A stretch of DNA of 11,357 nt from Chlamydiia bacterium (GTDB lineage: Bacteria; Chlamydiota; Chlamydiia; Chlamydiales; RGXB01). The notes under the pieces are model-generated. The model searched no databases. It saw only the letters and a program-made list of their open reading frames with translations, and was not told the origin of the DNA. This document shows positions 5,719 through 11,357 of this stretch, in pieces. How positions within the stretch are numbered: the first letter of the stretch is position 1; every line of letters starts with the position of its first letter. A program made the position numbers and the translations under genes. The stretch covers positions 1-11,357 of the forward strand of contig JBEIFH010000030.1 in assembly GCA_040382515.1 (NCBI GenBank). The letters run 5' to 3'.

Positions 5719-8189
5719 ATCTCACTCTTGAACAAGAAATCGTTTTTGGACCCTACAAAGTATCTGACCTCTCCCCTATGATGCTCCAATGGCATCAAAT
5801 TAAATCAGAATGTTCCCAAGCTTTGCTTTTATTTAGACTAGGAGATTTTTACGAGGCCTTTTTCAATGATGCGAACGATCTTGCTCTAGCTTGCTCGGTC
5901 ACGCTTACAAAAAGGCAAGAGATCCCTATGGCCGGTGTGCCACAACATATGTTGGAAACCTATCTGGATCGACTGATTCAAAAAGGGTTTCTGGTAGCAA
6001 TTGCTGAACAAGTTGAGGATCCGAAATCCACAAAAGGGATCGTAAAAAGGGCCTTGACCAGGGTCGAGTCTCCTGCGACATATGCAGGGTTGCTGGATCA
6101 AAAAGTAGTACGTAAGCAATTTTTTGCCTCTATTTTTCAATTCAAAAACACGTATGGTCTTGCTCTTGTAGATCTTTCGACACAATATGCAACCGTCTAC
6201 GAGCCGGAGTCCAAATCACAGCTGGTTGATCTTCTGATCAAAAAGCTCCCTAAAGAGATACTGATCGATCAAAAATTCCAGGAGCAACAGGGGTTGTTTT
6301 TACTAGACCTTGAAAAGCACTTTTCTTTTAGGCTTTCAGTAGGAAAAAGCCACTATTTTCATCACGACACCTCCGTTAGATTTCTTTTGAATCATTTTGG
6401 GACTTTACAACTGGATGGACTAGGGCTCACCGGTAAAACTGCTGCGATCAATGCAGCGGGTGCGTTGCTTCATTATCTCAAAGACCACCAACAAAATATT
6501 CAAGCCGTTCAAAGGATCCAAATAGAAACCGTATCCGATCATCTTCTCATAGACCACAGAACAGATCGACACCTCAATATCTCCTCCAGCCTGCTCGACT
6601 TTTTTGACCACACGATCACTGCTATGGGTGGAAGGCTTTTCAAAGAGGTGTTGGATAAACCCCTTATTGACCCGGTTAAAATTCAAGATCGGCAACAGAT
6701 CACCCTCTCGTTTTTAAAAAGACCGGATGTCTTGCAGGAGATCCGTACTATTTTTAATCAAGTGGAGGATTTGGAGCGGTTACTTTATAGACTGCTCTAT
6801 GCTCAAAATTCTACGAAAGAACTTTTCATGATCCATAAATCTTTGGGCCCTTTGCTCGGCCTAAAGGAAAAAATGGCCCCTTTGAAAAATTCCGAAGCTT
6901 ATAAGCTACTACAAGAATTCCCCGAAATAGCACCCCTCTTTGAACTTCTTGATACGCAACTTCTTTTACCTGGTGAGGGTGGTTCTACTAGCGCCTTGTT
7001 TAAAAAAGGGGTCCATCCTCAAATAGACGCCCTCAGAGATTTTATGGAAAAGGGGGACCGCTGGCTGATCGATTACCAAGAGAAATTGAGGAACGATCTG
7101 GACATCAAAACTCTCAAAGTGAGTTTTACAAGGGCGTTTGGATACTACATCGAGGTGAGTCGCGCACAAAGCCAAAAGATCCCTGACACCTTTGTTCGCC
7201 GGCAAACCTTGGTGCAACAAGAGCGCTACCTCTCCAAAGAATTGCAAGAGTTTGAAGAGAAAACTTTAAGTGCAGAGGAGACTCTTAAGAGATTAGAGGA
7301 GATCGCCCTTAAAAAACTCATCGATCAGTTGCTTTCACAATCGACTCTTTTGAAAAAGGCAGCCCATACCGTGGCTCAAATTGACCTGTTTCTCTCTCTG
7401 GCATGTATAGCTCAAAAAGAGGGGTATGTCTGCCCCCGTATCGAGGTGGGCGCTGACTTGATGATTGAAGAGGGGCGCCACCCTTTGATAGAAACACTTC
7501 TTCCCTACCAGGGATTCATCCCGAACTCCTTGCACCTATCAGATGGTAAAAGACTCGGCTTGATCACCGGCCCAAATATGGGGGGCAAATCCACATTCAT
7601 TCGCCAAACAGCCTTGATCATTTTACTTGCCCAAATAGGGGCCTTTGTCCCGGCAAAATCGGTAACACTATCCCCGTTTGACCGTATTTTTTCTCGTATA
7701 GGCGCAAATGATGATCTTTACAGAGGTCAATCGACTTTTATGGTGGAGATGTCAGAAACTGCTCAAATCTTGAGTAACCTAACCGAGAGCTCTTTCATAA
7801 TATTAGATGAAATTGGCCGAGGAACCGGGACTTATGACGGGATCTCCATCGCCTGGTCAGTTCTCGAATATCTTGCTAAATCGCCAAAACGACCAAAAAC
7901 ACTGTTTGCTACCCATTACTCTGAATTAACAGAGTGCATGGAGCTCATTGAAGGGGTGTTTAATTTAAAAGTGCTTGTAAAAGAGACCCCCCAAGGGATC
8001 CACTTCACCTATAAAATGGTAGAAGGGGCCTCAGACAAAAGCTACGGGATCCACGTTGCAAAATTAGCAGGGATGCCTTTGCAAATTGTGTCTAGATCTC
8101 AGGAGATTCTAAAAAATCTGGAGAAGCAGCGTTCGCAAAGACCTTTGCAAAAAGGGTTGCCCTCTAACGATCAGATTGTTATTTTTTAA
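5715..8189 (+). CDS. mutS: DNA mismatch repair protein MutS (MutS1), 824 aa
   Basis: SPMMLQW...FRLGDFYEAF mismatch-binding motif, Walker A GPNMGGKST, GQSTFMVEM, Walker B IILDEIGRGT, FATHY, and SYGIHVAKLAG. Start placed at ATG 5715 (ATGA coupling) rather than 5694. Confidence 0.97.
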   Translation: MNLTLEQEIVFGPYKVSDLSPMMLQWHQIKSECSQALLLFRLGDFYEAFFNDANDLALACSVTLTKRQEIPMAGVPQHMLETYLDRLIQKGFLVAIAEQVEDPKSTKGIVKRALTRVESPATYAGLLDQKVVRKQFFASIFQFKNTYGLALVDLSTQYATVYEPESKSQLVDLLIKKLPKEILIDQKFQEQQGLFLLDLEKHFSFRLSVGKSHYFHHDTSVRFLLNHFGTLQLDGLGLTGKTAAINAAGALLHYLKDHQQNIQAVQRIQIETVSDHLLIDHRTDRHLNISSSLLDFFDHTITAMGGRLFKEVLDKPLIDPVKIQDRQQITLSFLKRPDVLQEIRTIFNQVEDLERLLYRLLYAQNSTKELFMIHKSLGPLLGLKEKMAPLKNSEAYKLLQEFPEIAPLFELLDTQLLLPGEGGSTSALFKKGVHPQIDALRDFMEKGDRWLIDYQEKLRNDLDIKTLKVSFTRAFGYYIEVSRAQSQKIPDTFVRRQTLVQQERYLSKELQEFEEKTLSAEETLKRLEEIALKKLIDQLLSQSTLLKKAAHTVAQIDLFLSLACIAQKEGYVCPRIEVGADLMIEEGRHPLIETLLPYQGFIPNSLHLSDGKRLGLITGPNMGGKSTFIRQTALIILLAQIGAFVPAKSVTLSPFDRIFSRIGANDDLYRGQSTFMVEMSETAQILSNLTESSFIILDEIGRGTGTYDGISIAWSVLEYLAKSPKRPKTLFATHYSELTECMELIEGVFNLKVLVKETPQGIHFTYKMVEGASDKSYGIHVAKLAGMPLQIVSRSQEILKNLEKQRSQRPLQKGLPSNDQIVIF

Positions 8190-8198
8190 TTCAATACG

Positions 8199-9995
8199 AT
8201 GTATCAACTACCCAATTTTTTAGAAGATTTAGCTTTAAAACCTGGTGTCTACCTGATGAGGGACAAGGAAAATCAGGTTCTCTACATTGGTAAAGCGAAA
8301 AATTTGAAGCTTAGGGTAAAACAGTACTACAGCGGTCATGATACCAGGGAAATGATTCCTCAACTCCTGGAGCAGGTGGCAAAAGTTGAAACCATCATCA
8401 CACTTTCGGAAAAAGAGGCGCTGATCCTCGAATCGAGCTTGATCAAGCAGCACAAACCCAAGTACAACGTCCTCTTGAAAGACGACAAATCTTTTATAGG
8501 GATTTTAGTTCGAGACCATCCCGATTGGCCTATGATCGAACTTGTGCGCCAAAAAGGTGTCCTAGATGAAAAAGGGGAATTTTTCGGCCCATTTACAAGC
8601 GCTTGGAAAACAAGAGAACTTTTTGAGCTCTTAACAAGAAATTTCCCCCTTCGCCAATGCAGCGATAAGGAGCTGGCCACCCGAAAACGCCCCTGTATCC
8701 TCCATGCAATTAAAAGATGCCTAGCACCCTGCATGCAGCTTTGTACCAAAACCGCCTACCAAGAGCAGGTTAAAGGTGTGATCCGATTTTTGAAAGGGAA
8801 CACCTCCGATCTTTTGAAAACCTACCGAGATCAGATGGAAAAGGCCTCCGATGAACTCAGGTTTGAGGAAGCGATGCAGTTGTTAAAAAAAATACAACAT
8901 ATCGAACAGTACATCGAACATCAAAAAAGTCCCATCGCACAATGCCCCGATGATCTCGATGTGATCGGTTATGCCTATATTGGGAAAACAATCGCAGTGG
9001 TCATCCTGATTTTCAGGGATGGACAGCTTAAAGACAGGATCTTTATCGAAAAAGAGGGTTCTCTTTGCACTCAAAATGAGGCACTCGAAACAATTTTGAC
9101 CCAATATCTCACCGAGTCAACCAACAGACCTCATGAAATTCTCATCCCAACGCCGCTGGAATCCCAAGAGATTATAGAGGAACTTTTTTCCATCAAGGGA
9201 AAAATTCACGTACCCCAAAAAGGGCTAAAGAAAAAGCTTTTAGACATGGCTCAGGAAAATGCCCTCTCCTTCCTCCCTTCGATTGAACAACACGAGGGGT
9301 TTGATCTTTTACATGATTTACAAAAAACGCTAGATCTCAATCGTCTACCGGAACGGATAGAGTGCTTCGACACCTCTAACTTAAGCGGCACAAATCCGGT
9401 AGCCTCCATGGTAACCTATGTAGACGGAAAAAAAGAACCTAAGGGGTACCGTCATTATAAAATCAGATCTCTAAAAGGTGATGATTATAGCGCCATGAAA
9501 GAAGTTCTGGAACGGCGTTATAGCAAGGGAGATTTACCGGATCTACTGATTGTTGACGGAGGAAAGGGGCAGCTCGGTATTGTCACTTCTCTTTTTAACG
9601 ATTTAGGGATTGCAACCGTCGACATTATCGCTCTCGCAAAAGAGAGAGGACGCCACGACAAAGGCCTTACAAAAGAACAGGTCTTCCAACCATTTTTTGA
9701 AAAACCGAAGTTGCTTTCTCAAGGTCCCCTCCTGTTTTTTTTACAACGAATCAGGGATGAGGCACATCGGTTTGCCATAGGCTATCATAAAAAATTGCGG
9801 GAAAAAAGGGTGATAACCTCAGTTTTAGATGAAATTGAGGGAATTGGTCCCCAAAAAAAAGATAGGCTTTTAAAACATTTCAAAAGCCTATCTGCTATCC
9901 AAGACGCCTCTATTGAGCAATTACAAGAGGTCAAAGGGATTAGCGTGAAAGATGCAAAGAATATTCTCCTTAAGCTTCGTGCAAAGTCAAAATAA
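8199..9995 (+). CDS. uvrC: Excinuclease ABC subunit C
   Basis: GIY-YIG domain (GVYLM...YIGKAKNL..R), Cys-rich region, UVR domain (MEKASDELRFEEA), RNase H-like endonuclease (IECFDTSN, DDY, DGGKGQ, RDEAHRFA) and C-terminal HhH (IEGIGP, VKGIS). Starts 9 nt after the mutS stop. Confidence 0.97.
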   Translation: MYQLPNFLEDLALKPGVYLMRDKENQVLYIGKAKNLKLRVKQYYSGHDTREMIPQLLEQVAKVETIITLSEKEALILESSLIKQHKPKYNVLLKDDKSFIGILVRDHPDWPMIELVRQKGVLDEKGEFFGPFTSAWKTRELFELLTRNFPLRQCSDKELATRKRPCILHAIKRCLAPCMQLCTKTAYQEQVKGVIRFLKGNTSDLLKTYRDQMEKASDELRFEEAMQLLKKIQHIEQYIEHQKSPIAQCPDDLDVIGYAYIGKTIAVVILIFRDGQLKDRIFIEKEGSLCTQNEALETILTQYLTESTNRPHEILIPTPLESQEIIEELFSIKGKIHVPQKGLKKKLLDMAQENALSFLPSIEQHEGFDLLHDLQKTLDLNRLPERIECFDTSNLSGTNPVASMVTYVDGKKEPKGYRHYKIRSLKGDDYSAMKEVLERRYSKGDLPDLLIVDGGKGQLGIVTSLFNDLGIATVDIIALAKERGRHDKGLTKEQVFQPFFEKPKLLSQGPLLFFLQRIRDEAHRFAIGYHKKLREKRVITSVLDEIEGIGPQKKDRLLKHFKSLSAIQDASIEQLQEVKGISVKDAKNILLKLRAKSK

Positions 9996-10485
9996 ATTCC
10001 TCTTTATACCCAAGCTTGCGAGCTAAAAGAACCCCTAGTTCATTCTCGATCCGCTTGAGTAAAATCTCCTTATCTTGAGTTTCAGGGAGCTTTGTTAAAA
10101 TCTCCAATTTCTGCTGGGGATGAAAAATAATTTCGATTTGGTTATTTTGACTAGGCATCAAAGTCTTAAAATAACTTTCTACATACTCGTGGATAATAGA
10201 CCGATCGATAAGAACCTTGGAACTCTTAAGAGATACCCGCAAAAAAGATTTGCGATACCCTAGCAATAAAAGAACCAAAAGGGTGAGACCATATAAAAAA
10301 AATAAAAGCCCCACAAATGCAAGTGTCTTCGGCTCTAAAAGGTTTTGCGCCTGACGCATCATCAGTTCCATCTGCCCTCTTAAGGGGACATTGACCGCAG
10401 CCGAAAGCGCAATGCAGCCTAGCCCCATAAAAAAAATAAGAGAAAAGAGATGAATCAAGCTTAGTATGACCGATTCAAAACGCAT
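9970..10485 (-). CDS. Two-TM membrane protein with C-terminal soluble domain, putatively AmaP-like (Asp23 membrane anchor)
   Basis: Two hydrophobic segments (ILSLIHLFSLIFFMGLGCIALSAAV; LAFVGLLFFLYGLTLLVLLLLGY), then a basic stretch (RKSFLR) and about 90 aa of alpha/beta sequence. The ATG lies 1 nt after the asp23 stop. The CDS call is solid; the AmaP assignment is inferred from architecture and context. Confidence 0.75.
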   Translation of the reverse strand: MRFESVILSLIHLFSLIFFMGLGCIALSAAVNVPLRGQMELMMRQAQNLLEPKTLAFVGLLFFLYGLTLLVLLLLGYRKSFLRVSLKSSKVLIDRSIIHEYVESYFKTLMPSQNNQIEIIFHPQQKLEILTKLPETQDKEILLKRIENELGVLLARKLGYKEEFILTLHEA

Positions 10486-10486
10486 A

Positions 10487-10909
10487 CTAAAACTCGTCTT
10501 GGTAAATAGTTTGTTTGCCTGAGGTTTCCTCCGACAAGTGATCTGTTATCATCGATTTAAAAATTACATGTACAACGGACACAGTGTGTCCTGTAAATCG
10601 GACAATCTGGTCGATAAGCTTATTCTGGATCTCCTCTGCCTTTTCGGGTATGGATATTCCGTAAGCTATGTTCAGCTCTACTTTGATACTAATAGATTGA
10701 TTTTTTGGGTCCTGCTCTACCGTGATCCCTTTTGCCCCCAACCCTTCGCGACCTAAAAGATGATCAATAAAATTCCCCTCGATCAGAGCTATTCCTTCTA
10801 TTCCGGATAAACATTTGATCGTAATAGCCTGAAAAACTCTACTATCGATATCTTTTATAAAGATCGTGTCAGTTGAAGAAGTTTCATTGTTTTGCAATAG
10901 CTGCGCCAT
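10487..10909 (-). CDS. Asp23/Gls24 family envelope stress response protein
   Basis: Family pattern visible: IDSRVFQAI...IEGIA...KGITVE...IKVELNIAYGISIPEKAEEIQNKLIDQIVRFTGHTVSVVHVIF. SD-like GAGAGGG 5 nt before the ATG. Confidence 0.88.
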   Translation of the reverse strand: MAQLLQNNETSSTDTIFIKDIDSRVFQAITIKCLSGIEGIALIEGNFIDHLLGREGLGAKGITVEQDPKNQSISIKVELNIAYGISIPEKAEEIQNKLIDQIVRFTGHTVSVVHVIFKSMITDHLSEETSGKQTIYQDEF

Positions 10910-10940
10910 ACAAACCCTCTCGAATACGCTTTTAAGCGCA

Positions 10941-10970
10941 ATTATGCAATAAGAAGTTTGAATTTTCCAA
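10941..10970 (-). promoter_or_regulatory. Candidate sigma70/sigma66-type promoter for the asp23 operon
   Basis: Minus strand TTGGAA (10970-10965), 18-nt spacer, CATAAT (10946-10941), about 30 nt upstream of the ATG, with an AT-rich tract upstream of the -35. Confidence 0.4.
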
Positions 10971-11044
10971 GTAAAAATTATTGAAACACTGTTTGCTTAG
11001 ACCGCTCCTATCGAAGCCAGCACCCTTTTTAAAGGGCTAGAAAT

Positions 11045-11097
11045 AAAAAACCCTGAAGACAGAACCTTTTTTAAAAAAGATAGAGTCTATTCAGGGT
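11045..11097 (-). terminator. Probable intrinsic terminator after rpsN (long interrupted hairpin)
   Basis: ACCCTGAA (11050-11057) / TTCAGGGT (11090-11097) outer stem, inner GAC/GTC and CTTTTTT/AAAAAAG pairing. On the minus strand it ends in U6 followed by AUUU. It starts 19 nt after the rpsN stop. Confidence 0.55.
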
Positions 11098-11116
11098 CAC
11101 GAAAAGGGGAATTTTT

Positions 11117-11357
11117 TTACCAGCTCGCTTTTACGATACCTGGAATCTCTCCTTTGGAAGCCATTTCACGGAAAGTGATACGCGAAAGCTTAAATTTGCT
11201 GTAAACGCCCCTGCAGCGACCGGTGAACATGCAACGGTTTTTATAGCGGCAGAATGAGGAGTCTCTTGGCATTTTGCTGAGTTTTACAACTGCAAGAGCT
11301 TTTTCCTCATCGGAAACGTTCACACTTTTGATGATCTTACGCAATGCATCTCTCTTT
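11117..11357 (-). CDS. rpsN: 30S ribosomal protein S14, long zinc-independent type, 5'-truncated by the window edge
   Basis: PRDSS..R..NRC..TGR.RG....F.LSR..FREMA..GEIPG..KASW is the S14 signature. The frame stays open to the window edge (KRDALRK...), so TTG 11344 is internal and not the start. Confidence 0.96.
   Translation of the reverse strand, partial: KRDALRKIIKSVNVSDEEKALAVVKLSKMPRDSSFCRYKNRCMFTGRCRGVYSKFKLSRITFREMASKGEIPGIVKASW

Noticed and set aside
8360..8749. 129-aa antisense ORF within uvrC, and the other short nested ORFs in the track
   Set aside because: These are shadows of well-supported genes, with no independent motifs or start signals.
10934..10965. dif-like sequence (GCGCA...TTATG)
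   Set aside because: It has no XerD arm (TTATGTTAAAT) at the required spacing and is better explained as a promoter.

Overview
This is a gene-dense bacterial housekeeping region, most likely from a member of the Chlamydiota. The evidence is a fused alpha-beta glycyl-tRNA synthetase and the order glgA-pgsA-glyQS-...-mutS-uvrC-...-asp23-rpsN, which I recall from Chlamydia trachomatis. Contents, left to right: 5'-truncated glgA (+), pgsA (-), fused glyQS (+), a structured 192-bp spacer, a 125-aa orphan coupled by ATGA to mutS (+), uvrC (+), a convergent asp23/gls24 plus two-TM (AmaP-like) gene pair (-), and the 3' part of rpsN (-). I see no mobile element, CRISPR array or tRNA/rRNA. Three leads stand out. 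(1) A possible Asp23-AmaP envelope module outside Firmicutes. (2) An orphan coiled-coil gene that appears leaderless, heads a mutS-uvrC repair operon behind an operator-like AATC/GATT repeat cluster, and sits where I recall dnaG in Chlamydiaceae. (3) A candidate structured RNA just downstream of glyQS. All three are inferences that need searches or experiments.
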